Counted from the first letter of the stretch, positions 39,087-47,869 are shown. The stretch is 57,639 bases of DNA from a virus (IMGVR_UViG_3300008110_000066:1-57639); one strand, 5' to 3'. Numbers and translations: made by a program. The notes: generated from the sequence alone by a model not told the origin.

Positions 39087-39644
39087 ATGAAAAATAAGGT
39101 CAAAGAATTGAGGGATAGTATTTTTTCTTTAAACACTAGAAAATTTGGCACTGTAAATGAGATGTTAGTTGAAAGAATTGTTGAAGAGTTTGGGTTGATT
39201 GTTGAAGAACCAAAAGACACATCTTACGATAGGAAAATTGATAACTCAAAAGATGAGATTAAAGGATCACGAGTACTCAAAGAGTCTAAACTCAAGTTTT
39301 CAAAAGAAAATATTATTGATTGTATTTTAAATCATGAATCACATCGAATGATCAAATTAGAGGACGCCTCAAAAAATACATGGGACTCAAATATACAACA
39401 AATTAAAACAGACCTTTTTTCTACTTTATGGTATTCATTGTATTTTGAAGATAAAGTTGTACTATTCAAAATAAAAAACAACTTAATAAAGGAAGATAAG
39501 AAGATCAATTATTCTGACAAACAACATAGAAAAAATGTTGGTGAAGGACAATTTCACGTCTCAAACAAAAACATAAACTATCATTTGGATAATTATTTGG
39601 TTAAAATTATCACATATGATGAAGTTTATGAAAAACTTAGTTAG
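39087..39644 (+). CDS. Putative PD-(D/E)xK restriction-like endonuclease
   Basis: FGTVNE...SYDRK...DEIKGSRV...QQIK pattern. Confidence 0.55.
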   Translation: MKNKVKELRDSIFSLNTRKFGTVNEMLVERIVEEFGLIVEEPKDTSYDRKIDNSKDEIKGSRVLKESKLKFSKENIIDCILNHESHRMIKLEDASKNTWDSNIQQIKTDLFSTLWYSLYFEDKVVLFKIKNNLIKEDKKINYSDKQHRKNVGEGQFHVSNKNINYHLDNYLVKIITYDEVYEKLS

Positions 39645-39670
39645 AACACTGGTTGTTTAGAAAAAAATCT

Positions 39671-39678
39671 TATATTTG
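39671..39678 (+). promoter_or_regulatory. Bacteroidota-type -7 promoter element (TAnnTTTG)
   Basis: TATATTTG in the intergenic gap before 39700. Confidence 0.5.
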
Positions 39679-39699
39679 TAGAACAATTAAAAAAAACAA

Positions 39700-40224
39700 A
39701 TGAATTACTTACTTTTTGTATACTATAACACTGAGGTAGAAAACTCAGAAGAAAAAACACAAGAGATTGGAACAAAACTAGCTGAACATATGACAAGTGG
39801 TCAAGTAAAGTTCATGTACGGAGACCGACATGCGATATTTCATTTTGGGTGTAAAAGTGACTTTATAGATGTTTCTGACGTTGTATTTTTTATTTCTGAA
39901 GAAGTATCAGGATTTGAATATTTACTGACAAAGAAAGGAAGAGATTACTCGTCTAACTTTGATAAAGACAACCTTGAACATTTAATGACGTTAAAGAACA
40001 CTACCCCAAAGAAACATAAACCTGCGGCACCAAAATTGAGAACAAATGATCTTAAAGGTGATGAACCATTTATGGATCTTGCGGACATCATCATGAATTT
40101 CAAAAGGAAAGAAGTTTGTAATATGACTTTGGATGAATTGTTAGATAAGATTAGTATCCAAGGTATGGAATCATTATCTGAATTAGAAAAACAAAAATTA
40201 GACGAGTACTCAAAATCACTTTAA
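39700..40224 (+). CDS. Hypothetical protein with a C-terminal DUF6576-like helical motif
   Basis: LDELLDKISIQGMESLSELEKQKL resembles the C-terminal motif of Bacteroidota rhomboid proteases. Confidence 0.55.
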   Translation: MNYLLFVYYNTEVENSEEKTQEIGTKLAEHMTSGQVKFMYGDRHAIFHFGCKSDFIDVSDVVFFISEEVSGFEYLLTKKGRDYSSNFDKDNLEHLMTLKNTTPKKHKPAAPKLRTNDLKGDEPFMDLADIIMNFKRKEVCNMTLDELLDKISIQGMESLSELEKQKLDEYSKSL

Positions 40225-40233
40225 AAACAAAAT

Positions 40234-41034
40234 ATGAAAGACAAAAACACTGGAGCATCAATCAATCAAGAAGAAATTTATCATTACCTTAAAGATATTA
40301 GAAAAATTAAGGTAATGACTGCCGAAAGAGAACGACACTTGGCTACTAAAATGAAGTCAAATGAAATTTCTATTTCTGAAAAACAAAAAATAGAGCAAGA
40401 GTTGTTGACAGGTAATTTACGTTTTGTTATTACGGTCGCAAAACAATATCAAAATCAAGGATTGGATTTATCTGACTTGATAGCTGAAGGAAATTTAGGA
40501 CTTATGAAAGCTATTAAAAACTTTGATTGGAACAAAGACCTACGTTTCATTTCTTATGCGGTTTGGTGGGTTAAACAATCAATAATCCAATCCCTTAATG
40601 ATAATTCTCGTACAATTCGTCTTCCGGTTAATGTTGTACAAGATTTACAAAAAGCCAAAAAAGAAGTCGAACAAACAGGTAAAAAATTGGACGACAGGTT
40701 CCAAACATTACCCTCAATCATAGATTTAGATATGAACATCAATGAAGACGGTGACACACTTGTCGACATGATAGAAAACAAAGATGCTTTAGCTCCTGAT
40801 GCAGGTTTCAACACTAAAGATATTTTGAAAGATAAACTAATGAGTTTATTGGATGTTTTAGATGATAGAGAAAGAGTTATTGTGGGTGATTATTTTGGTT
40901 TAACGGGAACGCCACGAACTTTGGAAGACATTGGATCAGACTTTGGTCTAACAAAAGAACGAGTTCGTCAAATTAAAGAAAAGGCTCTTCGAAGACTTAG
41001 AAATGATTCTTCTGAATTATTCGATTATTTATAG
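40234..41034 (+). CDS. RNA polymerase sigma-70 factor, Bacteroidota RpoD-like
   Basis: NLRFVITVAKQYQNQGL, EGNLGL, FISYAVWW, TLEDIG..FGLTKERVRQIKEKALRRLR. Confidence 0.95.
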   Translation: MKDKNTGASINQEEIYHYLKDIRKIKVMTAERERHLATKMKSNEISISEKQKIEQELLTGNLRFVITVAKQYQNQGLDLSDLIAEGNLGLMKAIKNFDWNKDLRFISYAVWWVKQSIIQSLNDNSRTIRLPVNVVQDLQKAKKEVEQTGKKLDDRFQTLPSIIDLDMNINEDGDTLVDMIENKDALAPDAGFNTKDILKDKLMSLLDVLDDRERVIVGDYFGLTGTPRTLEDIGSDFGLTKERVRQIKEKALRRLRNDSSELFDYL

Positions 41035-41136
41035 AATGGGTTGAACCGAGATTACCCATACAACTCGGCAGAAGGTGCCTGAAGTCACCAAGGTGAAAAT
41101 CCTCAATTCTATCTATATGGTAGGATGAAACTACAC
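41035..41136 (+). ncRNA. Candidate structured small RNA (H-type pseudoknot plus hairpins)
   Basis: GC-elevated intergenic island; ATGGGT/ACCCAT and CCGAG/CTCGG crossing stems; preceded by TATTTAT at 41026 and followed by a terminator. Confidence 0.5.
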
Positions 41137-41137
41137 T

Positions 41138-41170
41138 CCCCCACTGGTACCGGTGGGGGTTTTATTATTT
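41138..41170 (+). terminator. Rho-independent terminator
   Basis: CCCCCACTG-gtac-CGGTGGGGG followed by TTTTATTATTT. Confidence 0.85.
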
Positions 41171-41230
41171 TAGGGGTTTATAATTCTTAACGATTTGATT
41201 ATTTTAATATTTATCTAATAAACAAATTAA

Positions 41231-42454
41231 ATGAACAAAAAAATTTTACCTTGGTTTTTATTGGTATGTGCTTTAGGATTGTCGGGTACTGCGGCTTACT
41301 ATAGTGTTGTAGGTTTATCAATAATTTTTTCGGCGGTGGCGATTCCTGTTATTATAATGGGATCATTTTTAGAAATATCTAAATTGGCAATTGCGACATA
41401 CCTACATGATAAGTGGAAAGAAACTTACGGAGTTTTAAAAATATATCTTACGATGGCTCTTGTTGTCCTTTCGATCCTGACATCAATCGGGATATATGGA
41501 TTACTATCAACAGGGTTTCAAAAAAATATTGCAGGTTTAGAAATAAACAATAAAGTAATTGAAAATATAGAAGTTAAAAAAACTCGATTTGAAGAAATCA
41601 AAACTGACTATCAAAAAGAAAAAGGTGTGTTAGATAAAGACATTACCAATTTGAGAACCGCACTCTCTACCAATACAACTACTCAATCAATAGATAGAAC
41701 GACAGGACAAGTCATTACAAGAGCAAATGGAGGTAATAGAAAGGCATTTGAAGCTCAGTTAAAAGTGGCTCAAGAGAATAGAGACGGAATATCAAAAAAA
41801 ATTGAATCACTTAATGATAGTATTACACGTTTAGACTTAGAAATATTAGATCTCGCTTCAACAGAAATTGAATCAGGTGAGTTAGGGGCAATCAAGTATT
41901 TGAGTGAAATTACAGGATGGGATGTTAAAAAAACTGCCAACTTTTTTATCCTAACTTTGATATTTGTATTTGATCCGTTGGCGATTGCTTTGGTTATTTC
42001 TACAAACCAAGCCTTTAAAATTTATAGAAGAAAAGAAGAAGACGAGGAAAAAATTGAAGAAGAAGAGGAAAATCCATTTTACGAAGAATGGGAAATACCT
42101 GAAAGTTATTTTCCTAATCCTACCCCACAAGTTACCCCCCAAGTCACCCCCCAAGTCGAACCTGAAATTATTGAAAAAATTGTTGAGGTTGAGAAGATTG
42201 TTGAAGTCCCTGTTGAGGTAATTAAAGAGGTCGAAAAGATAGTTGAAGTCCCTATTGATAGGATGATTGAAATCGTTAGAGAAGTACCTGTTGAAGTTAT
42301 TAAGGAAGTTGAAGTGCCTTTAGAGATACCATATAAGTATTATGTAAATGATAAAGGTCAAGTATTCGATGAAGAGGGTAATGAAATGGACACTAGGATT
42401 TTTGAAAAAAAAATTGATGAGATAGAAAAAAGAATTTTAAAATATAAAAAATAG
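41231..42454 (+). CDS. Multi-pass membrane protein with a coiled coil and EKIVEVP repeats, next to the lysis-like genes
   Basis: Three N-terminal TM helices, coiled coil, a fourth TM (FVFDPLAIAL), then PQVT and VEVP repeats; TATTTAT at 41208. Confidence 0.65.
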   Translation: MNKKILPWFLLVCALGLSGTAAYYSVVGLSIIFSAVAIPVIIMGSFLEISKLAIATYLHDKWKETYGVLKIYLTMALVVLSILTSIGIYGLLSTGFQKNIAGLEINNKVIENIEVKKTRFEEIKTDYQKEKGVLDKDITNLRTALSTNTTTQSIDRTTGQVITRANGGNRKAFEAQLKVAQENRDGISKKIESLNDSITRLDLEILDLASTEIESGELGAIKYLSEITGWDVKKTANFFILTLIFVFDPLAIALVISTNQAFKIYRRKEEDEEKIEEEEENPFYEEWEIPESYFPNPTPQVTPQVTPQVEPEIIEKIVEVEKIVEVPVEVIKEVEKIVEVPIDRMIEIVREVPVEVIKEVEVPLEIPYKYYVNDKGQVFDEEGNEMDTRIFEKKIDEIEKRILKYKK

Positions 42455-42457
42455 ATT

Positions 42458-43048
42458 ATGGAAATAATTGAAAATTTTATTGAAAGTAAATTTAAAGAAG
42501 GAGTTAGAAAAACTCAAATAGTCCTTACACATACATCAAGGACACTTTTTGATTACATGGTATCAATTAAATTTAGGTTCAATGGAAAACCAATTAAATT
42601 ACCACATTATTTAGTGGGAAGAGATGGTAAAATTATTAAACTTTTGGATGAGTCAATCAATGGTAATTTTACAAATAATGACAAGGTTAATAACAAATGT
42701 ATTGTTGTTTGTTTAGAAAATCTTGGTTGGTTAGAAAAAGAACCACTGAAACTTCATCACATAAACTGGATTGGTAATATTTATAAAGAAAAAGTTGTAG
42801 ATCGTAAGTGGAGAGATTACATTTTTTGGCATCCTTATACAGACGTACAAATGGAAAAAACCGTTGATTTATGTAAGGACTTGTCAAACAGATTTAACAT
42901 CCAACTTAAATGTATAGGACATAATACTAAAGTTAAAGGTGTTGAGTCTTTTTTAGGTATAATTACGAGATCCAATTTTGATGAGTTTGCCACTGACTTA
43001 AGTCCGGCATTTGATTTTGAAAAATTTAACAAACTACTAGAAAAATGA
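42458..43048 (+). CDS. N-acetylmuramoyl-L-alanine amidase-like protein (Amidase_2), putative endolysin
   Basis: IVLTHT, PHYLVGRDGKI, IVVCLEN, YTDVQ, IGHN, DLSPAFDF; the zinc ligands look partly atypical. Confidence 0.7.
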   Translation: MEIIENFIESKFKEGVRKTQIVLTHTSRTLFDYMVSIKFRFNGKPIKLPHYLVGRDGKIIKLLDESINGNFTNNDKVNNKCIVVCLENLGWLEKEPLKLHHINWIGNIYKEKVVDRKWRDYIFWHPYTDVQMEKTVDLCKDLSNRFNIQLKCIGHNTKVKGVESFLGIITRSNFDEFATDLSPAFDFEKFNKLLEK

Positions 43049-43638
43049 GTAATTACGATGAAATAAAAATGTTGGTTGAAGCATCAAGACGTGCTTTGTC
43101 AGGTAAAATGAATGAGTCATATAATAATGAAATCAGAAAAAAATATGGACTTTTGACTGAACAACCTGTGAAAAAAGAAATAAAAATTACTGACGAAGAA
43201 GAAACAGAATTAACTAAACAAAATAAAGACTCCGCGGAAATCGGAACCCAAAGAGACAAACAGAAAGCATATAGAGTTAATGGTAATATAATTGTTTTGC
43301 ATGGTAAAAGCAAGTCAGATACACAACTAACCACAGACGAAAAAAATGCATTTACGTCAAGTGTTGATGAATTTAGAAATGAAGTTGCTGAGATTGTAGA
43401 TTTTGGTAAATTAAATGTTTTCCATGATAATGTTGAATGGTCCGGTAGAATATTAGAACTTGATTTAGAATTTTTCTACACCGTTAATGAACCAAATGGA
43501 ATATATATAAATGGTCAGATGATCAAAATTGATCAAGATTATTTAGAAATGGTAGGAAAACTACAAACTTATTATGAAAAGTTTAAAACTAAATGGAGTA
43601 AAATTGTTGCTTCGAGACAAGAAGATGTTGAAAAATGA
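43045..43638 (+). CDS. Hypothetical protein, possibly head-internal
   Basis: N-terminal LVE/MNE/LTE motifs resembling prohead protease sites. Confidence 0.55.
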   Translation: MSNYDEIKMLVEASRRALSGKMNESYNNEIRKKYGLLTEQPVKKEIKITDEEETELTKQNKDSAEIGTQRDKQKAYRVNGNIIVLHGKSKSDTQLTTDEKNAFTSSVDEFRNEVAEIVDFGKLNVFHDNVEWSGRILELDLEFFYTVNEPNGIYINGQMIKIDQDYLEMVGKLQTYYEKFKTKWSKIVASRQEDVEK

Positions 43639-43988
43639 AAGAGTTTTTAATTAAGAATTGGAAAAATATAACTCTCACTATATTGGGGGTTATATTTGTT
43701 TATTTATTGGTCAGAGTCTTTACTCCAACACCAAACATATCCGAACTTAACAAATATAAGTTGGAGCAAATTGATAAAAAAATTAAAGAAATAAAAAATT
43801 TACAAAAAAATTTAAATGACTCAATTTATTTATACCAACATAAAATTGATAAAATTGACACTAAAATTTCACACATAAAATTTGAAAAAAAAGAAGTAAA
43901 TAATTTTTACATACAAAAAAAAGAAGAAATAAAAAACGCGGACAAGAAAAAAATTGATAGTCTGTTAAGAAGTAGATATAATTTTTAA
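43635..43988 (+). CDS. Membrane-anchored coiled-coil protein (i-spanin-like topology)
   Basis: Single N-terminal TM helix followed by a heptad region. Confidence 0.55.
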   Translation: MKEFLIKNWKNITLTILGVIFVYLLVRVFTPTPNISELNKYKLEQIDKKIKEIKNLQKNLNDSIYLYQHKIDKIDTKISHIKFEKKEVNNFYIQKKEEIKNADKKKIDSLLRSRYNF

Positions 43989-43989
43989 T

Positions 43990-44406
43990 ATGAAAAAACT
44001 AATATTTTTAATTTCATTTTTAGTTGTCAGTTTTATTTCTGTCGCTCAAGTGAAGAAATCTGTTGATACAACACAAATGTGTATTCCCTATGATGTTGTA
44101 CAAAAAATGTTGTTAGAACTTAACGATTATGATAGATTGAAAGAATTATCTAAATTGGATAAAAAAGAAATTATTGAACTTAACAATAAAATTGTTTTAT
44201 TAGAAAAAACAAACAATACTTGGATTGAGAAAGATTCTTTAAGTAATCAGATAATTTTACAATCTGAAGACAAAGTAAAAATTTATAAACAAGAGAATGA
44301 AAACTTGAATAAAGAAATGAAACGTCTTAAAACAAAAAACACTTTGTTTAATATTATTTCAGGAGCAATTATTGCACCATTAACTTATTTATTGATCTTA
44401 AAATAA
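43990..44406 (+). CDS. Exported coiled-coil protein with a C-terminal TM helix (spanin-like)
   Basis: Signal peptide MKKLIFLISFLVVSFISVA-Q, coiled coil, C-terminal hydrophobic helix. Confidence 0.55.
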   Translation: MKKLIFLISFLVVSFISVAQVKKSVDTTQMCIPYDVVQKMLLELNDYDRLKELSKLDKKEIIELNNKIVLLEKTNNTWIEKDSLSNQIILQSEDKVKIYKQENENLNKEMKRLKTKNTLFNIISGAIIAPLTYLLILK

Positions 44407-44651
44407 TGCCATTTTCAAATTCACAAACAAGAGAAATAGAAAGTATTGCTAAGAAAGAAATTAAAGATTTCCTATCTTCCAACACTTCAAAACAATTCGA
44501 AGATAAACTTATTGATAAGGTTTCTAAAGAATTAGAAAAAGGTAAACTTAGAAAAGATGTTAAAGATGTCGTGGTAAAGGCTTTTTTGGAGTACTTTACA
44601 ATAATGTATCAACAAAGAATGTATTGGGAATCAAAATTTAAAAGTTTATAA
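44406..44651 (+). CDS. Hypothetical protein
   Basis: TAATG-coupled on both sides. Confidence 0.6.
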   Translation: MPFSNSQTREIESIAKKEIKDFLSSNTSKQFEDKLIDKVSKELEKGKLRKDVKDVVVKAFLEYFTIMYQQRMYWESKFKSL

Positions 44652-45412
44652 TGGAAGACGTTTTGACAAAATTAAAAGATAATTTGGGATCAAGTTTGGC
44701 CGATGTACCAGAGGCAAAATTCCAAATGATGAAACAATTAAATAGGGCTAAAGAGATGATGGAAAACAAAAAAACACCTGAGTATTTAGAGTTTCTGAAT
44801 AATCAAGACGATATTATTGAAATTTACAAACTTATCAAAAATAAAAAATTATCTGCTAATCAAATTAGAAGTAAAATAAAAAATTATCTTAAAGATCCTG
44901 AGGAACTTAAAACTTTTCTTAAAGCCATTATAAATACAAAGTCTACAAAAAAAGAAGAAAATACCGAAGCAACTAGCTCAGGTGCTGCAGGAGGATACTC
45001 AATGCCTCTTTTTTCAACAACCAAAGGGGATATTGTAAAAACAGTAAGAGAACAACTTGAAGTTGAAGGTGGTGAAGAATCAGAAGGAAAAGTAAAAAAG
45101 ACTGAAACCAAAGAAGCAACTTCTGTTTCATCTTCAGGCCAATATAACCAACCTTCAATTTGGGCAAAATCTATGAGTAAAAAAGATTTTAGAGGTTATT
45201 CAAAAGCACAAATTCCTGGGGGTAAATTTGTACAAGTTAAGAAAAAATGTAAAAAATTTCCTTATTGTAATCAAGGCGATATGAAAGCTCTTAAAATATT
45301 TGAGAATGAATCTGTACAAAGTGCGATCGAAAGTGTCTCGAGTGTGTACGGGATTGATAAAAGTTATATTTCAGAAATTGTCTTCCAACAAATTAGAAAA
45401 AGACAACAATGA
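44651..45412 (+). CDS. Hypothetical protein with a duplicated E-ATS...G.Y..P motif
   Basis: TEATSSGAAGGYSMP and KEATSVSSSGQYNQP; KKCKKFPYCNQG motif. Confidence 0.6.
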   Translation: MEDVLTKLKDNLGSSLADVPEAKFQMMKQLNRAKEMMENKKTPEYLEFLNNQDDIIEIYKLIKNKKLSANQIRSKIKNYLKDPEELKTFLKAIINTKSTKKEENTEATSSGAAGGYSMPLFSTTKGDIVKTVREQLEVEGGEESEGKVKKTETKEATSVSSSGQYNQPSIWAKSMSKKDFRGYSKAQIPGGKFVQVKKKCKKFPYCNQGDMKALKIFENESVQSAIESVSSVYGIDKSYISEIVFQQIRKRQQ

Positions 45413-45436
45413 TGATATTTATAAAAAAACTTGAAG

Positions 45437-46909
45437 ATGAATACAAAACAATATATTGAATCTAGATTTCAAAAAATACTTATGGAAAACCTTAATGAAA
45501 AGGCTGACGCAATTCTTAATCGTTTAAATTACGATGAAGAAGCACCATTCAATCCTGCTGGAGAAGAATTTGACTATGTCCAAGAAGGTATGAAAGAAAC
45601 TTGTGAACAATGTGGTGGTATGATGATGGAAGGTGAATGTTCCGAATGCGGCTACCAAAGCGAAGGTGAAATTATGGAACTTGGAGGAATGGATGACGGA
45701 CACCCAAGATTTGGAAAAATGAAATTCAAAAGCCCAATGTCTATAGAGGATATTGAAGATCTACTTAGAAATTACGAAAGTGATGACGAAGATGAAGATG
45801 AAATTGATATTGATGACTTAGAATATGGTGATGACGAAGATGAAGAAGAAGAAGAAAATGATTTAGATACAGAGTGGGAAGAAGTTGATGAGAGCGAGTG
45901 TAATGAATGTGGGGGAATGACCGAATCAAAAAAATTATCACAAAAACAAAAATATATTGCTAAACAAGCAAAACCATATAACAAAATAGGGTCTAACGAT
46001 TTTAAAAAATTAAGATCAATGAAGGAAGAAGATAGTTTATATGAGGTTGAGTTTGAAAAAGATATTGATGAATCAGAAACTCAAGAAGGTAACGCTTTTA
46101 CAGGGGCTTTAGCAAACGCTAAGAAAAAAGGAAGAGATTCTTTTGAAGTTGAAGGTAAAAAATATAAAGTTACCGAATCAATAATTTTCACCGAAAATGA
46201 AATTTTATCAATTATTGAAGAAATGGTAAACGAGGAGAAAAAATTTAGTATGGGGGAACCTAAAGGATATAAAGAATATGAAAAGGCTCATAAGGCAGAT
46301 AAAAAAGAAAACGAAGATTATTTGAAAATGGTTGCCAAAAAAATGACGGATTATTTAAAAGGGGCATCAGACAAAGGATCGAAATATGAAATGAAAGAGA
46401 TTAAAAAATTTCCAACTGAAAATGGAGGGTTAGAAAAAGGTAATAGAAAAAAATACACACCATCAGATGCTGTTGATGAATATATTGACGCTTTTTCATA
46501 TCCTGGACAAACGAATTTAGTTTTTGATGAAATCAAACCAAATGATGATAGAATTGAAAAATATCTCAAAGGTCATTCTACCACAGGAAATGCACAAGTT
46601 GATAAAGACGGCAACCCATTAGGAAACGTAATTCCTAGTGACGTAGGTGATAAATTCTTTAAAAACTATCAGGACAATCTTTACGGTCAAGAACAACAAC
46701 AAGCGTCATATAAAAGACAAACACAACCTGTAGACCAAGCTGGAGAACACACAGAAAGTGGATCTTTGAAATCTAAAAAGAGTAAAAAAACAGCACAAAG
46801 TGTTTTAAATAAAGTTGAAGAGTCTCAAAATGAAAAAAAAGTTATCAAATTAACCGAAGAATTTGTGAGAATGCAAAACTTAATGAACTACACCAAAAAA
46901 ACTCAATAA
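45437..46909 (+). CDS. Acidic low-complexity protein, putative prohead core/scaffold-like
   Basis: Many hydrophobic-x-E sites, three CxxCG motifs, a D/E tract; TATTTAT at 45416; ATG at 45437 preferred. Confidence 0.55.
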   Translation: MNTKQYIESRFQKILMENLNEKADAILNRLNYDEEAPFNPAGEEFDYVQEGMKETCEQCGGMMMEGECSECGYQSEGEIMELGGMDDGHPRFGKMKFKSPMSIEDIEDLLRNYESDDEDEDEIDIDDLEYGDDEDEEEEENDLDTEWEEVDESECNECGGMTESKKLSQKQKYIAKQAKPYNKIGSNDFKKLRSMKEEDSLYEVEFEKDIDESETQEGNAFTGALANAKKKGRDSFEVEGKKYKVTESIIFTENEILSIIEEMVNEEKKFSMGEPKGYKEYEKAHKADKKENEDYLKMVAKKMTDYLKGASDKGSKYEMKEIKKFPTENGGLEKGNRKKYTPSDAVDEYIDAFSYPGQTNLVFDEIKPNDDRIEKYLKGHSTTGNAQVDKDGNPLGNVIPSDVGDKFFKNYQDNLYGQEQQQASYKRQTQPVDQAGEHTESGSLKSKKSKKTAQSVLNKVEESQNEKKVIKLTEEFVRMQNLMNYTKKTQ

Positions 46910-46956
46910 TTTACATTATTCTGTTCTCTCTTATAATTTTTTCATAGGTTTTTACT

Positions 46957-47424
46957 ATGGATAATTTTTTGAACTATATTACAAAAAATCTTGACCCTGA
47001 ACAAGTTGACATCTGGTTCAGGGTTAATAATATAATACCAGAAAAAATGGAATTGTATTATGATCTGTCTTATAGTTTATATTTGTTAATCAAAACAACT
47101 TATTTGGGTGATAACGATGTATCTAACGAAACAAAAGTTGAAATGAATGAAGTTGATAACAAAAAACATTTTGATTGGTGTTGGAATAAAACATTGGATA
47201 ATTTTGATAAAGAAAATATCACCTTCCAAAGAGAAGGTGACCACTACGAATATTTTTTTTCTCTATTTAACGAAATATATTATAACCAACCAAAAGAGAT
47301 ATTCAGAGAGTCAATCGACGTTTTTTTTAATGATCTATTCAATAGAGAAAAACCTTTTACACAAGTAGACTTAGATTTAATTTTCAATATATACAAGACA
47401 TTAGACAAAAATCTTACCATATAA
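46957..47424 (+). CDS. Hypothetical protein
   Basis: 155 aa ORF preceded by TTTACA-N16-TATAAT (46910-46937). Confidence 0.65.
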   Translation: MDNFLNYITKNLDPEQVDIWFRVNNIIPEKMELYYDLSYSLYLLIKTTYLGDNDVSNETKVEMNEVDNKKHFDWCWNKTLDNFDKENITFQREGDHYEYFFSLFNEIYYNQPKEIFRESIDVFFNDLFNREKPFTQVDLDLIFNIYKTLDKNLTI

Positions 47425-47488
47425 CATTTACAAAAAATGGGTAAATTACTATTTTTGACTAAATAAACACTAATTTTACACATAACAC

Positions 47489-47659
47489 ATGGAAACTTTA
47501 GAAAAAATTAAAGAACTCACTGAACAGTTGAGTGTTGATGTCAACAAATTTTATGGTGGAAACAAAAGCGCTGGTACGAGAGCAAGAAAAACATCACAAG
47601 ATCTAAAAACGTTGATTCAACAATTAAGAGGAGAGATTCTCGAAGAAAGAAAAAAATAA
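47489..47659 (+). CDS. Histone H1-like Hc1-family nucleoid protein (56 aa, not in the ORF track)
   Basis: METLEKIKELTEQLSVDVNKFYGGNKSAGTRARKTSQDLKTLIQQLRGEILEERKK; GNK.AG.RARK motif; promoter-like TTTACA-N17-TATTTTTG at 47427-47457. Confidence 0.8.
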   Translation: METLEKIKELTEQLSVDVNKFYGGNKSAGTRARKTSQDLKTLIQQLRGEILEERKK

Positions 47660-47665
47660 GAAATT

Positions 47666-47869
47666 ATGGAGAAATTGGATATTTTGTTCCTTTATATTTT
47701 TGTTTTATCCTGCATTTACATTGTAAGTCAGGTTATCAAAATAATAACTAATATATTGAGTGAACAACCAAAGTACATGGTATATAACCTTAAGGAGAAA
47801 GTATCCAATTACCTCTTCATTTCCTATTTTATAACTTATATCATTACAAATTTTATTCAAAATGTATAA
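47666..47869 (+). CDS. Small two-TM membrane protein
   Basis: Two hydrophobic segments; overlaps the next start. Confidence 0.55.
   Translation: MEKLDILFLYIFVLSCIYIVSQVIKIITNILSEQPKYMVYNLKEKVSNYLFISYFITYIITNFIQNV

Noticed and set aside
41060-41105. Resemblance to a hammerhead core (CTGAAGT...GAAA) or SAM-I (CGGCA...GGTGCC)
   Set aside because: The CUGAnGA core and flanking stems are not satisfied and the SAM-I binding nucleotides are missing; kept only as an unclassified RNA
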